DNA from: Promethearchaeia archaeon
GTDB lineage: Archaea > Asgardarchaeota > Lokiarchaeia > Sigyniarchaeales > SOKP01
Direction: 5' to 3'
Length of the DNA stretch: 64,000 nucleotides
Assembly: GCA_029856125.1 (NCBI GenBank)
Contig: JAHQWJ010000143.1
Location: 17,325-81,324 of the forward strand
Shown piece by piece: positions 29,943 to 38,886 of this stretch. The notes below the pieces were generated by a model, which saw only the letters and a program-made list of their open reading frames with translations, did no database searches and was not told the DNA's origin. Position 1 is the stretch's first letter; every line of letters starts with the position of its first letter. Made by a program: the position numbers and the translations under genes.

Positions 29943-30360
29943 ATATTTTTTTTTTAATTAAGCTAGAAGAGTGAAGAGCGTATTTCTCAAAGTATGTATC
30001 CAACCTTTTTACTAAAATATTTCTTAACCCTCTTTTTCTTAATTTTCGTTTCAACATTTCAAGGTTATATTTTTGGTCTGGACCTAAAAGGATAATATCA
30101 GGGTTAATCTCTTCAACAGTTTTGAGGGTATCGTTGTCAGATCGTCCCAATCTTGCTTCTTTTACGTTTTTTATGCTCTGGATAACTTCTAATCTTTGTT
30201 CTTCTGTAATTATAGGTGTTTCTCCGGAATAAATTTTTCTATTCATATCAGTAGCAACAATTACATATACATCACCCATTTTTGCAGCTTCATTGATTAG
30301 ATATAAGTGTCCAGGGTGAATTATATCAAATGTACCAGCAACTAAGACTTTCTTCGCTAT
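29923..30360 (-). CDS. ribL: FAD synthase (cytidylyltransferase family), N-terminus extended to a probable ATA start
   Basis: AGTFDIIHPGH (HxGH) is encoded in frame upstream of the tracked ATG at 30279; PDIILLGPDQ; adjacent to ribK. Confidence 0.88.
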   Translation of the reverse strand: MAKKVLVAGTFDIIHPGHLYLINEAAKMGDVYVIVATDMNRKIYSGETPIITEEQRLEVIQSIKNVKEARLGRSDNDTLKTVEEINPDIILLGPDQKYNLEMLKRKLRKRGLRNILVKRLDTYFEKYALHSSSLIKKKIFEQYKN

Positions 30361-30450
30361 TTTTTTTCAGCTCATTTACATTTTATAATATACCAAAAAA
30401 TAATTACCAAATATATGGAAAATTGATTTTTATTATGGAATTGAAGAATT

Positions 30451-31071
30451 TTAGAGATTTTTTTCACTGTTTTCTAGACACTGTTTTAGTTCATTCATTT
30501 GAAGCGAAATCGATACATCTCCTCTAGTTTTTTCAATGATATTTCTCGCTTGATCTATTTTGTGTCTTAAATCTTTTGTCAAACCGGCAGGAAAGTCGAT
30601 CGAAAATAATTGAGTGTATATATCATCCATGCATTCTAATATGTAGTTCAGATCATCTACGATTGAATTCCTTATATTGTCCAATGCATATCTTCTTAAT
30701 TCCCCAATTACATCAGCAAGACCTAAAGCATAATTTATCGGATCGATATTCAAATCACTTGGTAATGGAAGAGGTTCTTTTGATATGACGGCATAAAACG
30801 CTAGAGCTTCCGTATACTCTTGTTCCGGAGTTTTTAAATACTTTAAGAATACACCAGGATTATTGCTTACCAAAAGTAGCATATCTTTGTGGATTTTCTG
30901 AATATTTAAGATTTTCTGGTGATATTGACTAAATTCCTTTCTATGAATATTTTTTATTGCAATACTACAATTACGGATTATAATACGAGATAATTTTAGT
31001 AAACTTTCTCTATCTTTGTCTAGCTTCTCTAAACTTTCATTTAATTCCGTAAAAATCTTATTAAGCTTCAT
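30451..31071 (-). CDS. Translin/TRAX (C3PO) family protein
   Basis: DRESLLKLSR, QEYTEA, GLADVIGELRR, LRHKID. Confidence 0.9.
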   Translation of the reverse strand: MKLNKIFTELNESLEKLDKDRESLLKLSRIIIRNCSIAIKNIHRKEFSQYHQKILNIQKIHKDMLLLVSNNPGVFLKYLKTPEQEYTEALAFYAVISKEPLPLPSDLNIDPINYALGLADVIGELRRYALDNIRNSIVDDLNYILECMDDIYTQLFSIDFPAGLTKDLRHKIDQARNIIEKTRGDVSISLQMNELKQCLENSEKNL

Positions 31072-31165
31072 ACTTATGATTAAATATTTTAGTAATAATT
31101 AATTTCAATTTTAAATATATTAATTATCAAAAGGAAGAAAAATATTTAGGATTTTTGATATAATC

Positions 31166-33226
31166 ATGAAAATTTTATTAATCCACTCTGATGGGGTAGA
31201 AGTTACTAAAAAAAAAGTAGCCACAAGCAATCCACAAGACTTTCCCGAAGATATAATTAAAATGGAGGGCTTAATTTTAGTAGCTTATGTATCTGTAGAA
31301 GATCAAGATACATACGATACGGATTTGATTTCAAAACAAGGTGCTCAAGTAATAGAAGACGCAATAATCCAAATAACGAATTTTCCCGAAACTATTAAAC
31401 GGAAAAACGAAGAAATAAGAGAATATAATAAAAAGATTGAAAGTAGCCAAATCAAAGGAAAACCAAGAAAAATTCTTGAGTTAATAAAGGAAAGGGGTAC
31501 TTATAGGGTTGATCAAGTATTAGTTTACCCTTGGGCGCATTTAAGCAAATTTCTTAGTAATGAAGCAAACGCTATGGATGTTTGTCCAAAAATAGCTCAA
31601 TTACTAAAAGATAAAGGCATAGAAGCAAAATTTTCTCCATTTGGTTGGTACAAATCTTTTAAAATAAACTGTATTGGTCACGAAGTAGCTGAAATGTATC
31701 GAGATGTAAAGCTATACATTCAACCAGAAGAACATATAGAAAACGCAGTATTTAAAGTAATTACTCCTAAAGGAATTGAATTAGATTTAAAATTTGATGA
31801 TGATAAGAATGTATTGCCTTTAGAAGAGATTAAAGACGAAGATTTCCAACTTTTCTTAGAATCTGAATTAGGAACAAAAAGAATAGATGAAGGTATCGAA
31901 CCAGCTCATATCAAAGTAATGAAAGAATTTGAGCTTGTAGACTTCGATCCAAATACAGATGCGGGAAATCTCCGTTGGTATAGTAAAGGAGTGATCATGA
32001 AAAACCTGATTAAAAGTTTTGTGGAAGATAGGATAATTGATTATGGTGCTATTCTTATTGACACACCTCTTATGTATACCACCAAAAACAAAAAATTAAC
32101 AGCACAAACTGCACGTTTTCCAGCAAGGAGTTACTGGGTTGAATCGGGAAATGATAGATATATATTAAGATATGCTTCTGATTTCTTACTTTTTGATTTA
32201 TTAAGCTCTATGAATTTAAAACTTCAATATTTCCCATTAAGAATATATGAATGGGAACAGTATTCCTTTAGACGAGAAATGAAAGGGGAACTTACAGGTT
32301 TGAGAAGGTTAAGAAGTTTTGTAATGCCTGATATGCACACATTATGCAAAGATGTAAAGTCTTCAGTAGAAGAATTTAAAAGTCAATATTTCTTAATAAA
32401 AAACCTTTTAGACGACCTGGGAATAAAGTCTTACATCATTTTCAGAGCAACTCAAGATTTTTATAAAGAAAACAAGGAATGGATTAAAGATTTAGTAAAG
32501 AAAGAAGAACAACCAGCTTTATTAGAATTATGGGAAGAAAGATACTTTTACTTCGTATTAAAGTTCGAAAGACCCGTTCTCTCAGCTCAAAATAGAAGCG
32601 CTACACTCTCAACTAACCAAATTGACATAGAAAGTTCGCTTGAATATATGGTAGATAACGAAGGAAAAAAGAGACAGAAATACGACATTCATTTTACAGA
32701 TATTGATGGTATACAGAAATATCCCGTAATTCTTCACAATTCTCCAACAGGAGGATTAGAGAGAATCTTGTGGGGATTGATCGAGACGGCAATTAGAGAT
32801 AAAGATAAAATTGTTCCTGGATTTAGAACGTGGTTATCTCCTATCCAAGTAAGAATTTTAACTATAAGTAATGAACAACACGATTATGCGGAGAAAATAC
32901 TTGAAATTCTCAGTAAAGAATCCTACAGAGTAGATTTTGACGATAGAAATGAAAAATTAGGTAAAAAAATTAGACAATCCGAAATTGATTGGATTCCCTA
33001 TACAATAATACTCGGTAAAAAAGAGCAGGAAGATCAAACTATATCAGTAAGAAAAAGGCTAATTGGTCTTCCAATAGGCCCGAAAAAGGAAACATCAAAA
33101 AATGTTAACAATATAAAACTAAGCGAGCTTATTGAAATGCTAAATGAAGACACAAAAGGATTTCCAAAACATAAATTACCTAAACCATTTAGAAAATTCT
33201 CAACTAAGATTTCTTTCAGAAAGTAA
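31166..33226 (+). CDS. thrS: Threonine-tRNA ligase (archaeal type with N-terminal editing domain)
   Basis: MKILLIHSD, YPWAHLS, PFGWYKSF, SFRRE...GLRRLRSF-x-MPDMH. Confidence 0.97.
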   Translation: MKILLIHSDGVEVTKKKVATSNPQDFPEDIIKMEGLILVAYVSVEDQDTYDTDLISKQGAQVIEDAIIQITNFPETIKRKNEEIREYNKKIESSQIKGKPRKILELIKERGTYRVDQVLVYPWAHLSKFLSNEANAMDVCPKIAQLLKDKGIEAKFSPFGWYKSFKINCIGHEVAEMYRDVKLYIQPEEHIENAVFKVITPKGIELDLKFDDDKNVLPLEEIKDEDFQLFLESELGTKRIDEGIEPAHIKVMKEFELVDFDPNTDAGNLRWYSKGVIMKNLIKSFVEDRIIDYGAILIDTPLMYTTKNKKLTAQTARFPARSYWVESGNDRYILRYASDFLLFDLLSSMNLKLQYFPLRIYEWEQYSFRREMKGELTGLRRLRSFVMPDMHTLCKDVKSSVEEFKSQYFLIKNLLDDLGIKSYIIFRATQDFYKENKEWIKDLVKKEEQPALLELWEERYFYFVLKFERPVLSAQNRSATLSTNQIDIESSLEYMVDNEGKKRQKYDIHFTDIDGIQKYPVILHNSPTGGLERILWGLIETAIRDKDKIVPGFRTWLSPIQVRILTISNEQHDYAEKILEILSKESYRVDFDDRNEKLGKKIRQSEIDWIPYTIILGKKEQEDQTISVRKRLIGLPIGPKKETSKNVNNIKLSELIEMLNEDTKGFPKHKLPKPFRKFSTKISFRK

Positions 33227-33260
33227 AGTTTTATACAGAACAAAATTGTGGATGATAAGA

Positions 33261-33884
33261 ATGACGATTAAATGTATAATAATTGATTTAGGAGATGTTG
33301 TAATTGATTTGGATTTTAGTAGATTTTTCAATGATGTTATTACACCATCTCCGTTGAATAAACCTCAAACTCCAATAATGCTAGAATTTTTTCGCCAATC
33401 AGACATATATCATCAAGGTAAAATAACCGATGAAGAATTTTATAAACAATCTTGCGAAATACTAGGAGCTTGTGCTCTTAACCAAGATCAATTTTTCGAT
33501 TCTTTTAACAGTATTATTGATAAGCTTAATCTAGAAATGGTAGATTTGATAAAAAAGATTAAGACTTTAAACAGCTTCAAACTTATCTGTATGTCAAATA
33601 TCAATTCAAGTCATTGGAACTACTTAAAGAAACAAAAGTGGGATATCTGGGAACTTTTTGATGAATTTATACTTTCTCATGAAATTCATCTCACAAAACC
33701 AGATCCGAAAGTTTATGAACTAGCCATAAAAATAGCCGGATGCAAACCAAAAGAAATTTTATTTATCGACGACGGCTTAAACAACGTTAGATCAGCTAGT
33801 GAGATGGGTATAAATTCGATAAGATATATGGGATTAGATATACTGATCGAGGAACTTATAAAATACGGAATAAAAATAATGTAA
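33261..33884 (+). CDS. HAD-superfamily phosphatase
   Basis: IIDLGDV, MSNI, KPDP, FIDD; start moved to the Met at 33261 to avoid overlap with thrS. Confidence 0.85.
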   Translation: MTIKCIIIDLGDVVIDLDFSRFFNDVITPSPLNKPQTPIMLEFFRQSDIYHQGKITDEEFYKQSCEILGACALNQDQFFDSFNSIIDKLNLEMVDLIKKIKTLNSFKLICMSNINSSHWNYLKKQKWDIWELFDEFILSHEIHLTKPDPKVYELAIKIAGCKPKEILFIDDGLNNVRSASEMGINSIRYMGLDILIEELIKYGIKIM

Positions 33885-33917
33885 TTATTTATCAAAGGGG
33901 ATATTTCATATAAAAAA

Positions 33918-34436
33918 TTATTCTCCAATTGAGTTCATGCAAGCTCGAGCAATACTTTCAAATGCAAACTCAACTTTTTCTCCAGTTTTAGCAGAAGTTT
34001 CTAAATATTCACAATTTAATCTTTTTGCTAGATCTTCTGCCTCTTGTCTTCCAACTTGGCGCTCTAGATCGATCTTATTCCCAACAATAATCATAGGTAT
34101 AGATTTTTTCACGGTCTTTTTTATACTACTGACCCAACCTGGAAGTTTTAAAAGAGATTGCGGATCAGATACGTCAAATACGCCAAAGGCTGCATTACTT
34201 CCCTTAAAATAAATCGTCCGCAGTTTTGCAAACTGCTCTTGCCCACCTATATCCCATAACAAGAGTCTGACATCTACTTCGTCTATCACTACATCTTTAA
34301 TCAAGAAACTCGAGCCGATAGTTTTTTTCAAATCAGAGTTGAAGAAATCTTTAATATATCTAATAAGTAATGAGGTTTTACCCACATTTCCAGGACCAAA
34401 CAAGCATACTTTAAATTTATAAGATGATTTATCCAA
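33918..34436 (-). CDS. Rab-like small GTPase
   Basis: G1 GPGNVGKT, G2 TIG, G3 WDIGGQE, G4 NKID, G5 ETSAK. Confidence 0.95.
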   Translation of the reverse strand: MDKSSYKFKVCLFGPGNVGKTSLLIRYIKDFFNSDLKKTIGSSFLIKDVVIDEVDVRLLLWDIGGQEQFAKLRTIYFKGSNAAFGVFDVSDPQSLLKLPGWVSSIKKTVKKSIPMIIVGNKIDLERQVGRQEAEDLAKRLNCEYLETSAKTGEKVEFAFESIARACMNSIGE

Positions 34437-34461
34437 AATAGTTCACCAATGTGCTGGATGT

Positions 34462-34510
34462 TTCTCTCTTTGGTTACAGAACGATTTAGAACGCTTCTAA
34501 CCAAGGAGAA
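34462..34510 (-). promoter_or_regulatory. Stem-loop in the leader of the Rab-like GTPase gene
   Basis: Minus strand UUCUC/GAGAA, UUGGUUA/UAACCAA, GAA(G)CG/CGUUC nested stems between a TATA-like box and the GGTGA SD. Confidence 0.5.
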
Positions 34511-34671
34511 TATATACAATTAATATTTTAATACTTATACTTTCTTTACTATTTATATTATTATCTTATTATTATTTATATAATTACCTTAAAGGTAAAT
34601 TAAATAGTTATAACCACATTTAAAGAGCAGAATAAAATCTGTCTAGTTAAATTTTACTTAATAAAGGTTTT

Positions 34672-35940
34672 CTATTTTCGCTTTTTTTTCCCCAGTTTTC
34701 CAATTGCCGCCATGAACCATTCGGGGCTTCCAACTCCATTAGCAAATTCCATCCAAATGTACATTAAAAATCCACATAAGCCAATATATGTAATATCCAT
34801 GATAAGAAAGAGTACAATGCCAAATTGTCTACTGTATAAACCGAGGAATAGTTGATGAAATAAAAATAAACTTAAAGATACTTTGCCGTAGTATACTAGC
34901 GTTTTAATAAAATTACCATATTTTTTCTTGATATCAATGAAGTAAAAGCTAATGGAAATTATTAATAAAGCAACGCCTAAATTATATATCAAATTTTGGC
35001 CTCTTCCTCTGATTAAAAATTCTGGTATCCCCGGTATTTCAAATAAAGCTTGACTATTAATGGTGATTAATAATCCAAGACTAGGATATTCTTGGACACC
35101 CCCTAAGATTGTATAGCGAGTAAACAATTTACATCCGAGACCAATACCAACCAAGATGAAGATTATGCTCCAAACCATTAATATACGAAACAATCCCACA
35201 TAAGCGTCGTGTGTTCCTTTATTCATCGCTTCGTGCAGATATTCTCCAAAAATAGTAGAGATAAAACAGATAGCGAGTCCTGGAAGAAGAGGTATCATAG
35301 GAATTGGTCCAACTACGATGTAATTAATTGTAATTATTACCAAATTACCAGCTTCCACTCCAGGAAAAAAAATTAAATCTCTAATTGGGTTAGAAATAAG
35401 AACGATTAAAATGCCAATAATTCCTCGATATAATTTTGGAATTTTTAACGCGTAATAAGAAAATATCTGGGAGAAGCCAATGAACATTAAAATATTCCAA
35501 CCCCATAAATTGAAAGGAAAACGAATCTCGGGGGCTTCTATGCTTACAGATGCTAAGTTATAAAACGTAGCTATCAGAATAATAATGATTCCTCTCGAGA
35601 AAATTCTCATACGAATTACTTTAGCGGGGAGGATATTTTGCTTATTTCTTATACTGAATATCACGCTTAAAGAGGACAAAAAAACAAATAGGGAGGGACC
35701 TAGAAAATCTAAAACTGTAAATAACAATCCGTAAAGATAGCGGTTTTCGCTATCTAGCCAAATACCGGAAGAATGGGCTAAAATTATAAAGACTATGGCA
35801 AAGCCTTTTACAAAATCGATGCTTCCAATTCGTTTTGAAGATGCAAAATCCCGGACATCCTCTAATGGGATTAATTCTTGCATATAGTTTATGAGAGGAG
35901 GGGATTCGGTTGCTGTTCCATCTTCTTTTTCAACTGACAT
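34672..35940 (-). CDS. Membrane acyltransferase-like protein (HGSNAT/DUF1624-like), paralog 1
   Basis: RIGSIDFVKGFAI...H; multi-TM; GKVSLSLFLFH. Confidence 0.75.
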   Translation of the reverse strand: MSVEKEDGTATESPPLINYMQELIPLEDVRDFASSKRIGSIDFVKGFAIVFIILAHSSGIWLDSENRYLYGLLFTVLDFLGPSLFVFLSSLSVIFSIRNKQNILPAKVIRMRIFSRGIIIILIATFYNLASVSIEAPEIRFPFNLWGWNILMFIGFSQIFSYYALKIPKLYRGIIGILIVLISNPIRDLIFFPGVEAGNLVIITINYIVVGPIPMIPLLPGLAICFISTIFGEYLHEAMNKGTHDAYVGLFRILMVWSIIFILVGIGLGCKLFTRYTILGGVQEYPSLGLLITINSQALFEIPGIPEFLIRGRGQNLIYNLGVALLIISISFYFIDIKKKYGNFIKTLVYYGKVSLSLFLFHQLFLGLYSRQFGIVLFLIMDITYIGLCGFLMYIWMEFANGVGSPEWFMAAIGKLGKKKRK

Positions 35941-36052
35941 TTTTCACCAAATAAAATTTTAAAATTATAGAATATTCTAATCTTGTGAAAATTTAAACTT
36001 TATCACAAAAGGGAAAAATTGAGATAAGAAATTAGAAATTATTTGTATCGAC

Positions 36053-37456
36053 TTATCTTTCTGAACCTTTAGTACGATCGCGTTTTATTTTGTGAACTGT
36101 TTCTTTTATTTCTTCTTCGATGACGAGAATTTCTTTTTTTACCGTTTTGCTCGTCTTTTGCCCAATTCGCCCAACTTGAACCATAAGCCATTCCGGCGAC
36201 CCCACACCGTTATAAAATTCGTTCCAAATATACATTAAAAATCCCCAGAAGCCAACATAACTGAATAATAAGACGAAATAAAGAACAATATCTAGGGCGT
36301 TCAAAAATAGCGTTACAAAAACAAAATGTAACAAAAACAAGCTTAACGATACTTTTCCATAATAATTTATCATTGAAATAAAATTATTCATTTTCCTTTT
36401 AATATCTAGGATGTAGAAACATACTGCAATAAGAATAAGGGCCGCTCCTAAATTATATACCATGTTAGGAGCTCTTCCCCTTATTAGAAACTCCCACATA
36501 CCGGGATAAGTCATCCCAGGTATAAACGTTTGTGTCCTCATATGAAGTAAAAGAATGATATGGGGGTATTCATTTGAAGGTAGGGTTCCTATCGTAATAT
36601 CCGTAGCTAAAATAAACTCATCTCCAGGTATATAAGAATTTCTTCCTAGAAAAATACCTATGAGGACGAAAAATATACCATAATATAAGAAGGTTCGAAA
36701 GAGCTTTCGATAGTCTTTTTTAGTTCCACCAATCATTGCCTCGTATAAATATTCTCCAAAAATCGAAGAAATAAAGCAAATTGAAATCCACGGCAATAAA
36801 GGTGTCATAGGAGAGGGGGATGTTATTATGTAATGCAGAACAGTACTTATTAAATCTCCCGCTTCCCTTCCTTGAAAAAGGAATTGCCGAATTGGGTCAG
36901 ATGCAAAGATAATAAAAAAACCAATGATAGCCCGAGCAAGTTTACTAAGTTTCAATGCGTAATAAGAAAATACCTGCGATAAACCAATAAACATCAATAT
37001 GTTCCAACCCCAAAGAGTTGCGGGAAAAGAATAACCTTCGATAGTAAATTCAATAGATATTAAATTAAAAATAACCGCTATTACTATAATCATAATACCC
37101 CGAGAAAAAATTCTATTCCTTATAACTTTCTCTTTCATGTCTACCTTTCTGCGGCTGATACTGAAAACAACGCTTAAGGCGGATAGAAAGACAAATAAAG
37201 AGGGGCCAAATATATCCAGAAAGGCAAATAAAATCCCGTAAAAGAACATCCAGGAAGGAACAAGCCACGCACCAGCTGTATGCGCCCCCATTATAAAAAC
37301 TATTGCTATTCCCTTGACGAAATCTATGCTTCCAATTCTTCTCGAGGAGGAAAAATCTCTAAGTTCCTCGACGGGTATTGCTTGTTTCAAATAGTCAAAA
37401 AGGGGAATTGAATCTAAGTCTACCTCGTTATTTTCTTCGGATGACATGTTAATCAA
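36053..37456 (-). CDS. Membrane acyltransferase-like protein (HGSNAT/DUF1624-like), paralog 2
   Basis: RIGSIDFVKGIAI...H; PLLPW; GKVSLSLFLLH. Confidence 0.75.
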   Translation of the reverse strand: MINMSSEENNEVDLDSIPLFDYLKQAIPVEELRDFSSSRRIGSIDFVKGIAIVFIMGAHTAGAWLVPSWMFFYGILFAFLDIFGPSLFVFLSALSVVFSISRRKVDMKEKVIRNRIFSRGIMIIVIAVIFNLISIEFTIEGYSFPATLWGWNILMFIGLSQVFSYYALKLSKLARAIIGFFIIFASDPIRQFLFQGREAGDLISTVLHYIITSPSPMTPLLPWISICFISSIFGEYLYEAMIGGTKKDYRKLFRTFLYYGIFFVLIGIFLGRNSYIPGDEFILATDITIGTLPSNEYPHIILLLHMRTQTFIPGMTYPGMWEFLIRGRAPNMVYNLGAALILIAVCFYILDIKRKMNNFISMINYYGKVSLSLFLLHFVFVTLFLNALDIVLYFVLLFSYVGFWGFLMYIWNEFYNGVGSPEWLMVQVGRIGQKTSKTVKKEILVIEEEIKETVHKIKRDRTKGSER

Positions 37457-37566
37457 TAAATTATTATTTTTAATGAGATGTATTTTAAGACTTAAATTAA
37501 TATTAGTATTTTAGTTTATAGTATTTGAACATTTATTTAATAAATAATTCAAAAATATGATATACT

Positions 37567-37974
37567 ATGAATATCAAAAGATATTTAGATTTTCGGTTAT
37601 TAGGATTAACTGGTTCGATATTATTGATACTGTCTCAATTTTTACCTTGGTTCTCTAACCAATCTTTATTATATATATATATGATTTCAACGAGTGTAGC
37701 TATTGAAGATTCTTTTTTATATTTATTTCCCCTAATTTGCGGGATAATATGTTTGGTTGGAACTATAGTAATTATTTATAATTTGGATTACAAGATTAAT
37801 TCTGTAATCATTAATTTTATAGGACTTGGGTTTTTTTTGATGTTTATTATTGAGATCATTCCGAAAGAACTCCTTTATATTCCCTATGCAGAAATTGGAT
37901 TTTACTTTTCAGTTATTGGATCAATTCTAATATTTTTCGATATTTTAAACATACTCTTAATCAAACATGAATAA
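37567..37974 (+). CDS. Small membrane protein (about 4 TM)
   Basis: Hydrophobic ORF with FLPWF motif. Confidence 0.7.
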   Translation: MNIKRYLDFRLLGLTGSILLILSQFLPWFSNQSLLYIYMISTSVAIEDSFLYLFPLICGIICLVGTIVIIYNLDYKINSVIINFIGLGFFLMFIIEIIPKELLYIPYAEIGFYFSVIGSILIFFDILNILLIKHE

Positions 37975-37992
37975 TTAGGAAGGGATCTAGAA

Positions 37993-38886
37993 ATTACGGA
38001 AAAAGAAGAAATAGATAAAAAAAAAGCTTCTACTGACGCCGAGGCTAATTATTACTATGCTTTAAGTCACAAATTAAGAAGAAAGATAATCAAAATTATA
38101 GGAGAAAATAAATTTTCTTCATTTACTTACCTTAAAAAAGAGTTAAATGTGAGTACAGGCACTATTTACCATCATTTAGATACCCTTTCTAGTTTGATTG
38201 AACAGCAAGATGACAAAAAGTATTATTTGTCGGAATTAGGACTCCATGCTTATAATTCGCTGATTGATAATAAAGATAACATTATCACACCTGAGTTCAG
38301 CAAAAAAGAATTTAATTCCCCTATATTAAAAGGATTAATGTTTCTTACTCCAAAAACCTATATAAACTACGAGAACAAGAGAACATATAGGGTAATAATA
38401 TTTTCAATTCTGATTGCTTTAATTGGCTCCCTTTTTTGCGGTTTGAACGGTTTATTCCCCTTTTTCCTATTTTTCAGTGAATCCTTGATGGTATTTCCTA
38501 CCACTGAAACAATTTTTCAATTTCTACTCGCTCTTTTTTTTATAGGAAACATCTTTCTTTATTTTCTAATAAATGAAGGATTATCTCGAATCATTTATAA
38601 GAAAAGAGAGAATACTTTGAAGTTTTTAGCGACATTTGTGATAATTTTTTTTCCTTTAGATATTTACTTAGCGTTGCGGTTTATTTTAACCTCAACTGGT
38701 TCGCTAGATTTTTCATATATTAGAGTGTTAGACAATGTACTTATGATTTTGTTTCAAGTGTGGTCTCTGTGGTTATTAACCTATAATTTAAGCATTAATA
38801 AAAAATTGAAAATTGAAAATTCGTTAATAGTTTCTTTTCTAGTACATTATGGTGGATTCTCAATAATCCTCTTAATTTCTATTTAA
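37993..38886 (+). CDS. ArsR-type HTH fused to multi-pass membrane domain; probable ATT start
   Basis: In-frame YYALSHKLRRKIIKII...FTYLKKELNVSTGTIYHHL extends 52 codons upstream of the tracked GTG at 38149. Confidence 0.75.
   Translation: MTEKEEIDKKKASTDAEANYYYALSHKLRRKIIKIIGENKFSSFTYLKKELNVSTGTIYHHLDTLSSLIEQQDDKKYYLSELGLHAYNSLIDNKDNIITPEFSKKEFNSPILKGLMFLTPKTYINYENKRTYRVIIFSILIALIGSLFCGLNGLFPFFLFFSESLMVFPTTETIFQFLLALFFIGNIFLYFLINEGLSRIIYKKRENTLKFLATFVIIFFPLDIYLALRFILTSTGSLDFSYIRVLDNVLMILFQVWSLWLLTYNLSINKKLKIENSLIVSFLVHYGGFSIILLISI

Noticed and set aside
30367-30369. Selenocysteine at the in-frame TGA upstream of ribL
   Set aside because: It would be residue 3 in a non-catalytic position, and no SECIS was identified; ATA initiation is simpler.
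33144-33260. N-terminal extension of the HAD phosphatase in the ORF track
   Set aside because: Overlaps the thrS 3' end; the HAD motif I begins just after the Met at 33261.
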